From the human T2T-CHM13v2.0 reference genome, Homo sapiens: DNA of 64,000 nucleotides. A program made the position numbers and the translations under genes. Below, one piece after another: positions 39,518 through 52,835 of the stretch; the stretch's first letter is position 1; each line of letters opens with the position of its first letter. The DNA lies in assembly GCF_009914755.1 (NCBI RefSeq), contig NC_060934.1; one strand, written 5' to 3'. Under the pieces are notes generated by a model that saw only the letters and a list, made by a program, of their open reading frames with translations, did no database searches and had not been told where the DNA came from.

Positions 39518-40261
39518 TGTTTTATTTCTTTACCCATTTTCCATCACTATTAGATAGTAAACAAACACCAGAAACCTAGAAAATTCAGGTGTATGTGGTC
39601 TCTTAGGGGAAAGTAAGTCATAATTTTACCATATTTTTCATAGCAGAAGAGAAAAAAATCAATGTCTAGATCATAATACCATATTTTTAAAAATTACAGA
39701 CAGAATATATGGTAAGTTTCCGTTTTAGGGGTTATTCCTAAATTTCTTGAAGAATATTTCTTTATTTTTGAAAAAAAAAATCTACCATTATTGCCAAAAG
39801 ACAATTGAATTAAGTGCCTTGCAAAAATTTAGCTATATTTCACAGCAAAATATGGTTGATTGCAAACTTATAGTATTTGTTTGCTATATCACAAGGAAAA
39901 ATAATCATAATGAAAGCCACCAGATCTCAAAAACGTGCAGTCCTCTTTAGACAACCCAGCAACGACACTGCCTGGTCCTCTGCTAGACAAGGGGCTACAG
40001 GAGTGAGGGAGCCTGACAAGGTTTTTTTCCCTTGAGGACAGTAAGCAAATAAGCAGAGAGAAAAATTCCTCATTCCACCAAGGAAAAAACCTGAGACCCA
40101 GAGAGACTGGGTAACTTGCTTGAAGCCATATTTCTAAGGTGGGATGGAGTTAAAACTAGCCCAATATTATGATTGCTCATTGCTGTTTGTTCCTAAACAA
40201 ATTCACTTGAGATACAGGTCTATCATTTTCTGTATAATTGGGATTCTCAAAACAGAATATG

Positions 40262-40370
40262 CTATTCTTATGCTTTTAAAAATGAATGTTGCCATATTCA
40301 TATTTGACCTATTCATATATTCATATATATATGAATATGGCAGCATTCATTTTTTAAAGCATAAGAATAG
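40262..40370. repeat. Near-perfect inverted repeat: 42-bp arms, 25-nt spacer
   Basis: 40262-40303 versus reverse complement of 40329-40370: 40/42 identical. Confidence 0.95.
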
Positions 40371-40392
40371 ATTCAGATCTTGGATTTCTCTC

Positions 40393-40558
40393 ATTTATTA
40401 TTATTATTATTATTATTATAATTATAATTATACTTTAAGTTCTGGGGTACATGTGCAGGACGTGCAGTTTTGTTACATAGGTATACATGTGTCACGGTGG
40501 TTTGCTGCACTCATCAACCTATCACCTTCATTAGGTATTTCTGCTAATGCTATCCCTC
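40393..40558 (-). mobile_element. Short L1PA 3'-end fragment with (TAT)n-converted tail
   Basis: 'tatactttaagttctggggtacatgtgcagg...ggtttgctgcac...taatgctatccct'; no TSD found. Confidence 0.88.
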
Positions 40559-43500
40559 TGAAATATAAGAAAAAAATATATGAGTATAAAAACACCAGGA
40601 GGGATTTAAGTCAAACAGAAGGGAGATGACTTCCTTACGATGCTAGTGAGGGAGAACCCAGGCTACTGCTCAGGCTGAATTCTTAAGAAAATACGATATT
40701 TTAAAAAATCTGAGTTAGTTTAAATGATCATGTAGTAAAGATGATACATGGAAAAGATGGCTTTCAAGGCCATTTCTGGGCAGATAATTTTAATAGTGAA
40801 TATTCATATCAAGTCATTTCATTCAAACATGTATAACAGCCTTCATGTCTACTCCTCCAACGAAGCTGAGTTGTGTCATTGACACAGAGTAAAACAATAA
40901 TTTTTCAGACATACTTATCGTGAAGGATGAATTCTTAAATTCTGTACAGTACAGCAGGCAAATAGAAATGATACATGTTTCTTGTTTAAAACCTGGGTAA
41001 AACAAATAATTCATAGCAAGTATTTCAAAGTATAAGAAATATAAGGAGGAGAAGACTTACTGGCACCATCAAAGGGTTTTACAATCATCAAATGAAAATC
41101 ATAATTTGACTTTTCAACAGTCAGTTGCTCTTGCATTTTTTTCAAGTTCAGTTATTGTTGAGCTTACTCCAGTTATCTCTGTTTGCCAAGTACAGACGGC
41201 AACATTTAAAGCCACAGCATATAGAAAAATAGATTTGAAGCTTAGCCAGGGCCACTTTGGATATTTCCAGAAAAAATAAATACAAACTTTATTTTAGTTG
41301 ATGGAGTAGGGGAGGGCTGCATAAAAGATAAGTAAATGCATTTTCATGACAACCCTAATAGACTGGCACAGAAGCAGTCTGTTGGATTTCAGAAGTTAGA
41401 GATGCAACTATTTCTTTTCCTTTTACCTCCCATCCTTTCTTTTAAAAAGGAAAAGAAAAATGAAGGAGGAATAAATTTTCTTAGAGTTCAAAAGAATGAG
41501 CATCTAGAAAAATTAATGTAACTTGAAGTTCCCCCTAGGAATCACTTTGAGGCCAGAGTGACAGTTTTGACAAAGTTGGCTGCAATTAAAATGTTCTCGG
41601 TCCAGTTAGGAGCTTTTTAAGACTGGGCACATTTGTCTACACTACCTTCATTTTCATTTAAGGTTTTTGAGAAAGAACAGAAGAGCAGACAAACAAACTC
41701 AGAGCACCTTCCCAATTTTTGGATAGAATTTCACTTAATGCAACTGTGGCGCCAGTACTATAGATAGGATGGTACAGTTCAAAATATGTTTATATAACGT
41801 GGCTGCATGCCTCTGAGATCTTTTAAATTCTTTCCTGAGAGCTTCAGTCACTCAATGTTCACTCATCCAAAACCCTTTATATTCTCAAATATCTCAGTTA
41901 GTTTCACTGTAAAAGCCAAACATTGACTAGAGGGAGAAAATGAAATAGATGCAGATATTTCAAAGTTCTTATTTTTCACTTGACTCTTGAAGACTAAAGT
42001 GGAGAGATGTTTAACACAATAGTTGTGACATTACAAAATATATACCTTTTGAGCTTACTCTATTACATAAAACTATGGAGTTTGATTAGTGCCCTGGAAA
42101 TCATAATTTTAAAAATATTTACCATTAGGAAAGACTTTGACCTCATCTGTATTTTGCCGTTGAAGAAATGAAGACTCATAGCTCTCAGGTTATTTAATTT
42201 ATCCACAATCAGGTAGAACAAAAATCCAGTCATTGTTATTTCAAGTTCAATGCTCTTTGCATACATAATGCTATCTCTCTGTTTAGTAGAAGTTCAAATC
42301 TGGCCCAGAGTCATAAGTATGAACATTTCTTGTCATCTAGCTGTTCAACAAGCAATGTAAATGAGTTATGTTCTTTGTAGGTATTGATTTCATCCTGGAA
42401 ATCATTCAATTGATAACAATTAGCAGTCTTAGATGAGTGGATGGGTATCATCGAGTGAGGATTGAAGCTAATTAATGAGGAATTCTGGGAAGCCGTGTTC
42501 TTCCTTTCCTGTTGGATGGTTAGACATTAAACCTTGGAGTTGTCAAATGAGCAACACCTTTGCATCAGTATTAAATTCACACACGAAGAAAATTAATTAC
42601 AGGAAAGCTGCCTCAAACCCGCTTTGTCAACTCTCTCGACAGGAAATTCTCACTTAGGCAGGAAAAGTCAAGTACCGCTACCGCTATCTTAAAATATTCT
42701 TGTTTTTATAAGCCCATTCTCATTTTTTATTTTCTTCTAAAAAAGAAATTATGGTGTAGATACTTTTTTTTTGGTTACAAAGAGGCAAACACAACTCTCT
42801 GAAAGAATAAGGTTTAGTGAAATAACAAATCAGACTTTAATTCCTATTAGATTGTCACTATGTAGTATCCCCACTACGAATGGTAAAAATTCAAATGTTC
42901 TATTCAGCACTGAGCTCATACATAAATGCTGGACCCTAGAAAGGGTCATATGTTTTGTACTTTACAAATTGGCTAGCAAGGTCGCACCTACACTACAATT
43001 GAGGATGGGGAAACAAAATAATTAGTTGAAGTCATTCTGGTTTATCTGAGGTTATTTGGAAACTCCAATTATAGCATAGTTTCATTTAAATCTTCATTTT
43101 CAGATAAGTGCCTTGAATGATATCATTCTTAAACTCTAGTGATTTGAAAGAAGTTCTCTGTGTTGAGTGAATATAGATTGTGAGAGTTGGCTAAAATATC
43201 TTGGATTTAGGACTGTTGATAACCTTGGAAAGGATATCTATGGCAGTAATTTCCAAGTTCCTTGCTTGGAATCCTTATGATTTTCTGAGAATAATGTCTC
43301 CAGGAAGCTCCTCTGTGAGTACTCAATAGTGTGTTCTGTGTTACACTGCTTACCTAACTTGCCAAAGTTGGTAGTCTTTTGTTCCTTCCCTACTCTTGAG
43401 AATTTTAAAGCATTTATTATTGTTCCTTTAGGATACTGAGTGAAATGGGATGTCATTATATATTACTCTCACAGTTCAAACCCCTCCCCCACCACTAACC

Positions 43501-45810
43501 ACACATAGACTTGACTGAGTATAAATTACATGTCTATTAATAGTTGAAAGCTGTTTCAGACAGCAAACTCTGTTTTTGGCCTGAGATTAATGGTGTTAAG
43601 TAGGTAAATCAGACTAAGTTTTCAACTGTTTATCTCCATAAAACCCATTTAGTTCTTGGAAGAAGCTCTTGCATAAATCTACAATACTACCTAATAATGA
43701 TGTTGATAATGGAAAGACTAGAAAGATTATAATAAATAGAGGAAGACAGATGTGCATTTCTAATATTTGTAGGGTAAATTCTAAGGTCATACATTACTTT
43801 GTGTTACCACACACAACATAATAGTTAAGAGATAGTGTATAACTCATACAACAATTAGTTTGTTAATTTTGCAAAGTAATAATATCTATAACATTCAAAG
43901 TTAAAAACTGGTCAAGAAAGGTATTTTGCATATACTTTTTTTTTGCTGAGCATATATCACTCAGTTGGAAAAGTAACTAACACATTTTCTCTTATCATTC
44001 AGCAACAATTTACTTCACTAAACATTTATTAAGTTCAAAATTTATGTAAATGTGATGAATGGGGTATAAAATGAGCATCAGGGGAGGTCAGGCCAAATGC
44101 AAGAAGATAATTAGGAAGGTTTGAAAGCGTGTGATGAATTCCATTTTTCAGAATATGATTCTCTGAAAGGTAGAGAAATACCTGTCATTGTCAAACGTAT
44201 AAAAATGAAAGGTAAATATATAAAACATCTTTTTTAATATTGAGAACGAGAAAGAAAGGAGTAAAAAAAAAGATCAAAAGAGAAAGTTCAATTCTCCAAA
44301 GGTAAGGTAGTGTTGGCATTGGCTTTGGCCTTGAAAGGTGTGCACGCTTCTGGTGGGCTAAGGGCTGAGTGTCAATGGGTTGTGTGTGGAGGACAGGAGA
44401 AAGAGCTAGTGTCCCTTGGCAGAGTGAGTTCAAATCAAAGACCTCTCCACTAATTAAGGATCTTCAATGTGTGACCAGCTCAGAGAGTAAGCAAGAGAAG
44501 AACTACAAGTATCAACCTTTGCCTTGACAAGAGTAGAAAAATTTCCTGACTATAAAACCCACACTTAGAGCTGTAGATGGAATTCAGCTATTTGTGTGAC
44601 ACAAAAAATACTAAGCTGAAAATTTAATTTATAATCATGCTAGGTTGGAAGCATCTCAAAGATCCTGGAAGAAGCAAACACAAAGAATCTCTAGTGAAAT
44701 ATATTTTAAACTAGGCTTCAAATTACTCTTGCTGATAAAATTCTAAGGAAATTAGCTCCCAATTGAGAAATTAATAAGTAATGAGAAAAAGTTTTATGAG
44801 TATCATAGGAATAATAATCTTAGCTATCAGATCTGTAAATTATAGAATATAGAAATAATATATATAAAATATATAAAATAATTTTGTTTAGATTTTTAAA
44901 GAATTAAAGTTTGAAAATATCATGAACAAAAATAAACATTTTAAGCAGATTTGGAAAAGTATCAAATTGAACATCTGGCTATGAAAAATACAATAAATAA
45001 AATTTTAAAAATTAATGGATGGATGTCCACTTCCTAGAATGTGGAAGAATAGGTTATTTGGACCTATCCTGCCACTGAAAATAATTGAAAATGCCGATAA
45101 GAACTTTTTAAAATATCTTAAAGTGCAAATACTGAGAAATTACCAGGTAAAAATCTAGGGAAATCCAGAGATGTAAACAAAGCAGTCAAGCTGCCACAGC
45201 CTTCAGATCTTTTGATAATCTTAGATGGACCTTAGAGACGAAGAGTGAATAAGTTAAAACCCAGAACTAGTAGAGTATTCTTTTCATTTTGAGCTGGAAA
45301 CCTATATAGCTACAAATTTAGAGAAAGGATGAATCAGAAATAAACCTTTCCTGCCCCAGCCTCAAACAGTCACAAGGAAAGTTGGTTTCGCACTGAACAT
45401 TAAAGAAGAAAAAGAAAAGTTTTCTAACCCCTGTGTGCATTTTTAGTTCAGATTTGCATCACCCGAGTGGTCCAAAAATTTACCAATTTGGAATTTAGTT
45501 TAAACTATTTCCTGACTGAAGGTCCCTAGGTGCCTAACCAAAGAAATTGTAGGATTAAGAGGAAGGCATTCACTTTCTTTGGAAGAAAGCATTAGTTTTC
45601 ATCACAGGTATCATAGAAACCCCACAAATAATTTTTCAAGGACAATGAGACCATATAGTTAAAAAAATAATAAATACACAAGGAAACAAGGAATGATGGC
45701 AATGAACCATCAGAAGAAAAGGACAAAACAAAACAGAGAACCAAAATAAGCCTGTAAAGATGTAAAATATTAGAAACATCTAACAAGAAATGTAAAGCAA
45801 TTATGCTTAC

Positions 45811-46302
45811 TGTGTTAGTCACGGTTCTTTAGGGAAACAGAAACAACTGGAGAGATATATCTATAAACAACTTTATTATAGGGCATTGGTTCATACAATT
45901 ATGGAGGCTGAGAAGTACCATAATCTGCCATCTGCAAGCTGGATGCTCAGGGAAGCCAACTGAATAGTTCAAAGGTCTGAGTGGCAAAGAGCTGAGGGTA
46001 TAGATTCCAGTCTCAGTCTGAAGGCTTCAGAAGCAGGAGTGCAAAAGGGAAGAGAAAATTGATGTTTCTGCTCAAGTCATCAGGTACAGTTAATTCAACC
46101 TTCCTCCACCTTTCCATTGTATTCAGGCTCTCAGTGGATTGGATGATGCCTATGCATATTAGGGGGATCTATTCACCCTGTCCTCCAATTTACATGCTAA
46201 TCTCTTTCAGAAAAACTCTCAGAGACACAGTCAGAAATTACATTTAATCAGGTATCTGGGCATCCTTGGCCCAGTCAAATTGAGACAAAATTAATAACCA
46301 CA
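45811..46302 (-). mobile_element. MLT2B-like ERVL solo LTR
   Basis: 'attatggaggctgagaagt...tctgccatctgcaagctgga...gattggatgatgcc...ggcccagtcaaattgagacaaaattaataaccaca'. Confidence 0.88.
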
Positions 46303-47341
46303 TTATACTATGTTTAAAATACTCTAAGACAACACTGAAAATATCCGTATGTAACAAGAAACTATAATGTGACCTAGTATATTTGAAAAAAAAACAATCA
46401 AAGAGATTTTCTAGGAGTGAAAACTTAACAGCTGAGATTAAAAATTTGATGAATGGGATTAGTGCAATATTAAATACAGCCAAAGGTAAAATTAATAAAT
46501 ATGAATATATGTAAAAATACATTGCTTAGATATAACATGTAGAGACAAAAATATTGAAAGAGAAACCATGATGAAAAATTATGAGATTTAAAGGGTAAAA
46601 AAAAAAGTTTTACAATATATTCAATTAGAGTCCTAGAAGGAGAGCAGAGAGAGGCTAAGGAAGATGATTATTTTCAAAGATAGTTGCTAAGAATTCTTTA
46701 TAAATGATAAGAGAAACCAGTCACAGATTAAAAGAGCTAAATCTCAATACATACATGCATGCATCCATACATATATATATGCCTAGTTACATAAATAAAG
46801 ATATATATGATAAATACAGAATATTGAATGATTAAAAGAGATTGTTGCCTAGAGGAGTATAGAGAAACTGCATGCAGGAATGTGGATAGGAAAGGGAATG
46901 CCTTCAAGGACTGGCAATCAGAGGAGTAGCTTACTTTTTACTAGCAATATTAAAGCCAAAAGATAGTGGAAGGTATCCTCAAAGTCCTGAAAAAAAAATT
47001 CTTAGATTTCTATACCCAGCTAAACTATCTTTCAATAATAAGGGTGAAATAAAGTCAAGAGGGAAAGTGGCAGCTGCCAGGCCCCATACAATCTGGGTTT
47101 GAGATTGCACAGTACTACTTCTGCTTCATGCTATTGATTAAAGCAAGTCACAAGGCCAGCACAGATTCTAGCAGATGGAAAACTGACCCCATTGCTTGAT
47201 GCATATAGAAACACTTGAAAACAGGTAAGGACACATTTGGTGATGGCTGTCTTCAGAGGGCATCTATCACAACATAAAGAGCTCCTCTGGATATTATGGC
47301 AAGGACAAATAACAAGAAAACTTGAGCAAAAACATGAATAA

Positions 47342-47665
<324 letters not shown>

Positions 47666-50376
47666 TCAATTAACAGTAGAGTAGTTAAGCATTGTTTGTA
47701 TTCTCTAAGTGAAATACTTTATAGTAGTGAAAATAACCTAAAGCTATACTCAGTAACATGAATGAATTTAAAATACAATTTTGAGCAGGTATAAAAGAAT
47801 TCAAATTTTTATGTGTCATTTATTTGTAGTTTAAAACAACCTAATTAACATACTGGTTATTTGTGTGTAAATATATGGCAAAACTATGAAAAAAGCAAGA
47901 GAATGACAATCCCAAATTGCAGAAAAATTCAGGAAAGAGAGCGAAATATGAATGTTCTGTTTCTTAATTTGTGTTGTAAGCACATAAATGTTTATTTCTT
48001 CCTTTCTTCTTCCCTTCCTCTTCATCTTTGTCTTCAAAATTGCTTGTGTCACCCTTTTGTATATGTCACATATTTCACAATAAAGGGAAAAGTTTAAAGT
48101 ATGAAACAATCAAGTTTTGGGTGAATGTGGAGAAACAGACATTCATGTTTCTGGTGAGAGTAGAAGTTGGTATGATCACATTTCAAAACAACTTGTCAAT
48201 ATTTGATATGTTTGACCCTGCAAATTGTCTCTGATCCTGAAATTTAGTAGAGAATCTCTCAGTCAGCTGCAAATGGAGATATACTCAATGGCGTTTATTG
48301 CAGCATTGACTATAATATAATATTAAAATTACAATTTAATGGGAAAGGGATCGAAAAATTGGTATAGCCATACAACTGTGCACATAGTTAAAATTACTAA
48401 ACGTGAGTTTATATATCCATATAGATAAGCCTAGGAAAACAAAATTTAAGCAAAAAACTTCAGAGTGACATGGAGTATATGCTATCCATTAAGCAATTTT
48501 TAAAACATGTTAAACAGTTTTATATAATGCTTACAGATAAATACGAAATAAATATGTGAAAGAATACACACCATCTTCAGAGTAATAGCTCTTTGAAAAC
48601 CTTTGCCTCAAGTTATTTTCTCAGAATTACCCAGAATTTTAATTTTAATGTCTGTGGTCTTTAAACTTGATTGCTGGGAAATCGGGAGCTGAAACACCAT
48701 GAGGATAGAGGGAACTGAGGAATGGGGAGAAGCATTAATAGAATGTGGGACGTGGTTTGGAAAGGGAAGCAAAGAGGCATGTCTTCCTTCCAGAACTGTC
48801 TTTGTCATACCTCATGCAGAAAGATGGAAGAGTAAGAGGAAAAGAAGAGGAAATCTGTGTGATGACTCTATCTCTAGTCTTTGACAAAGTTACTATATTT
48901 TTGTATAATGTTTCATTCCTTCCAAAGCACTTTGACATATGATTTGCTATGTACAAAGAAGGTAGGGCAGGAAGTATTTTTCTAGTAGTACTTTCAGGAG
49001 CCTGAGGACCCCCCCAAAACTAAATGTCTTACTTAAAGTGCTAGTGGTAAATGTTTCAGGGTGGAATTCTTTTCTGTTTTAGAATTGCAGTCTTTTTCAT
49101 TTGACAGCCCTCTCCTTGCACCCCTATGTTGGTCTGTCTTCCACTGCAAAGAGAATGTCACAAATGTGTTTATCTAACACAGCTTATTTTTATGTTCAGG
49201 AAAACTTTGAATATAAAGAAAAGAATAGGGTCATGCATTCTATTGATATTGGAACCCAGCAAAGGAAGTTCATAAATCAAATTGGCAGTAAATCTTCAGT
49301 GGCATATAAACTTGGGAATGAAGTGTAGCTTACTTTACTGAGATGATGATATCTACAAAGCATGCTGCAGAGTGGTGTGGGCAACAGTATGGCACACTGG
49401 TAAACTGACAGATTAAAAAAAGAAGTGGTCAGATCCTCATTATCCTAGGCAAAGCCCACTCTGCACACCCTTGCTTGGATCCTAGGTGTCCTGGGAAAAT
49501 AAGCTTCTCTTCCTTAAAATGTAATCCCTGTGAACTCTCTTCCAGAGGTCAAGCACCTGGCCTCATGCGGTTGAAGTTTTATATTATAATTAATATAAAT
49601 GTATATTAATTTAGTAAATAATCATTTAATAAAAACTCTACTGGTACATAAGGTCATGGGAAAACAGTCTTTGAGAACTACACTGAGTTAAAGGCTAGTC
49701 TGGGAAGTGCACAGTTTACACAGGGTGTTGACTTTGGGAGATAACATGTTCCTTACTCAGTTATATGGTTGAAAATGCCAAAGAGTCTGTTTTTATAGCA
49801 GGCTTTATTGAACAGATTGTAGTATAATTAGAGAAGTAGATGATGCTCACCCCAATTTCAGCAATCTTAAAAAAATTCTAGCTGTATACATTGTTATCAT
49901 GTCCACCTATTAAGGAATCTTTCAACGACTGAGGGCAGGAATGGGAAAATGGATGACCAGGGTAAGAAAATGATTCAGGGAAGACTGGGAATTTCAATTG
50001 GTCTAAAAGGAGCAACATAGCTTTCCAATTAAGAGCTAAATTGTACTATTCAATATAGAATTGGATTGAGACATCAGCTCATCTTTAGATATGTTATGTG
50101 ATGTTTCACGACTTTATCTTCTTAATTAATTTGTGTACAATATAATTAACATAATGTTCATATGATCCATCTATACAAGGTAATATACATTGTAATATAC
50201 ATCTGTAATATAATTTATCTGTACAATGGGAAGAGTAAGAGTATTTACCTTAAAGAGCTGTTGCAAGAATGAAAAACTGTGATGCAGTTTGCCAAGTGTA
50301 AAGTGTCTGGTGCATAGAAAGTGTTAAATTATCATTAGCTATTCATTTCTGCAAATTGTGTTATTGTGAACCTGTT

Positions 50377-50470
50377 TTGTTTGTTTGTTTGTGAGACAGA
50401 GTCTCGCTGTGTCGCCCAGTCTGGAGTGCAGTGGTGCGATCTCGGCTCACTGCAAGCTCCGCCTCCCAAG
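50377..50470 (-). mobile_element. Severely 5'-truncated AluY-type fragment (~80 bp + tail)
   Basis: 'gagacagagtctcgc...cactgcaagctccgcctccc'; exact TSD ttgtgaacctgtt at 50364-50376 / 50471-50483. Confidence 0.93.
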
Positions 50471-50611
50471 TTGTGAACCTGTTGTTATCAGGGCACCCAC
50501 TCAACTCATCACAAAGTGATTTCCTTCTTTCCTTCTCCATTTATGGGTTAAGCTGTAGAGAGAGGTTGCCTAGTTTTGTAAACAAACTCCATAAAGGGTG
50601 AGAGTAATTTC

Positions 50612-51074
50612 TTTATTTAAAAAAAAAACAACTTATATTGTAAGTTCAGGGGTACATGTGCAGGTTTGTTACATAGGTAAACTTATGTCATGGTGGTTGG
50701 TTGTACGGACTATTTCGTCCCCCAGGTATTAAGCCTAATATCTATTAGTTATCTTTCCTGATCCTCTCCCTCCTCCCACCTTCCACCCTCCAATAAGCCC
50801 CAGTGTTTGTTGTTCCCCTCTTTGTGTCCTTGTTTCCATGTATTTTCATCATTTAGCTCCCACTCATAAGTGAGAACATACAGTATTTGGTTTTCTGTTC
50901 CTGTGTTAGTTTGCTACCCAAAGGAATACAAATCATTCTACTATAAAGACGCATGCACATGTATGTTCATTGCAGCACTGTTCACAATAGCAAAGACATG
51001 GAATCAACATAAATGCCCACCAGTGATAGACTGGATAAAGAAAATGTGGTACATATGCACCATGGAATACTATG
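50612..51074 (-). mobile_element. L1PA13-16-like element with 5' inversion (antisense 50612-50915, sense 50916-51074)
   Basis: Antisense 3'UTR joins sense ORF2-end sequence (YPKEYKSFYYKDACTCMFIAALFTIAKTWNQ in ORF 50870-51082); degraded TSD gagtaa(t/a)ttc. Confidence 0.9.
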
Positions 51075-52227
51075 TGGAGTAAATTCAATCTTAACCAAGA
51101 TTGTCAAACATTAGTGGATGTTGAAAATGGTATTTAGGAAGCACATACTCATTGTTTTAATTCTTCCCTTCACATGAGGGAATGTTTTATTGAACAAGTG
51201 AAGAGGGGCATGAATCAGTGGCAGCCCTGGAACTCTGAAGCACAATGCCTTTAAGTCTCAAGCTTATTTCCCCAATGCCTGACCACATCCTGACACTTTC
51301 ACAGTACCACACCCTTAGCTCCCAAATGGAAATTTTCCATTATGAAGTATACATGCTGCTTAAAATCGAGGGCTCTTTTCTTGACAAACTCACATAATCT
51401 AATTGCATCTTGTTCGCCTCCAAGTTTGGGACTACGATTTCGACTTTTTCTCCCTTTAGTTTCTTTTTGTCATATATTCATCTCAGCACCTCCCCGGAAT
51501 AGATCCTTGCGGTTCAGAAAACTTCATGAGAGCATTTAAAGAATCAGGAGTGTTGTTGTTTGAAGAAAAAAAATGCTGAATACATAAATAAGTATTAACT
51601 ATGGTTGACTAGTCTGGCTAAGCCTTCAGAGAATCCTCTAGAGGTCTGAAAGATCCACTGAAAATGAATTTTGAGTGAGATGTTCTGGTTGTGCTGTGAA
51701 TATGCTGTTTTGTTTTTGTTTTTTTTTAATAAACCAAAGACTATTCTTTCAATATACACTGCTACTAAGGACTTTGAGCATGATCTGTGAAAACTGCTCT
51801 GAAGCAAAATTTGGGGAAGTTTGTTTTTCATGTTAGTCCTGTTAGGGGATCTATGTAAACTGAAGTCTATATAAATATCCATTGTTCATTGTCAGTATGT
51901 AGAAATATTATATATATATATATGAATATATATATATATTCATCTTGTATCCTTTGGTCTTGCTGAATTAGTTCATTAGCTCTAATAGTTTTTTCTTTTG
52001 ATTGTGGATTTCCTAGGATTTTTTTCTGAATAAATCCAGCTTTATTTCTTCCTTCCAATCTGAATTCCTTTAATACTTCCCTTTTTCTTTCTCCCATTTT
52101 CTCTATCTCTCTGCCTTATTGCAATGGATAAACGATCACATCCAGTACAATGTTGAATTGATGTGGCATGAGCAGATATTCTTGCCTTGTTTATAATTGT
52201 AGGATAAAAGCACTGTGTTCAACATTT

Positions 52228-52835
52228 TGGTGGTTAATTTAATGTGTCAATTTGGCTAGGCTACTGCATTCAATTGTTTGGTAATAAACCACTTTAGATT
52301 TTGCAATGATGGCATTTTGTACAAGGGATTAACATTTGCAATCAGTAAACTTTTAATCAAGCTTGTCCAATCCACGGCCTGTGGGCCGCATGTGACCCTA
52401 GATGGCTTTGAATGTGGCGCAACACAAATTTGTAAACTTTCTTAAAATGTTATGAGATTTTTTTTTGCATTTTTTCAGCTCATCAGCTGTCAGTGTTAGT
52501 GTATTTTATGTGTGGCCCAAGACAATTATTCTTCTTCCAATGTGGCCCAGGGAAGTCAAAAGATTGGACACCCCTCCTTTAAATGAAGAATACCTTCTAT
52601 TATGTGGGTAGAACTAACCGAATCCATTGAAGGCCTTAAGAGCAAAAACTAAGCTTACACAAAGAACAATGAATTCTGCCTCAAAACTGTACTGTGGAAA
52701 TCCTGCCTGAGTTTCCAGGCTGCTGGATTGCCCTATAGATTTTCACTTGTCAGTCCTCACAATTGTATGAGCCAGTTCCAATTGATCATTCAATCTCCTG
52801 TTGGTTCTGTTTAACTGAAAAACCCTGATTATGCA
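52228..52835 (+). mobile_element. MLT2D-like ERVL LTR
   Basis: 'tggttaatttaatgtgtcaatttggctaggc...gaaggccttaagagcaaaaact...aattctgcctcaa...cctgttggttctgtt'. Confidence 0.82.
52358..52576. mobile_element. MER30 (hAT-Charlie) inserted into the MLT2 LTR
   Basis: 'caagcttgtccaa...gatggctttgaatg...ggcccagggaagtcaaaagattggacacccct'; 8-bp TSD cttttaat / ctttaaat (7/8). Confidence 0.88.

Noticed and set aside
40144-40629. Longest ORF (161 aa)
   Set aside because: Runs through the palindrome, a (TAT)n tail and antisense L1; compositional artefact
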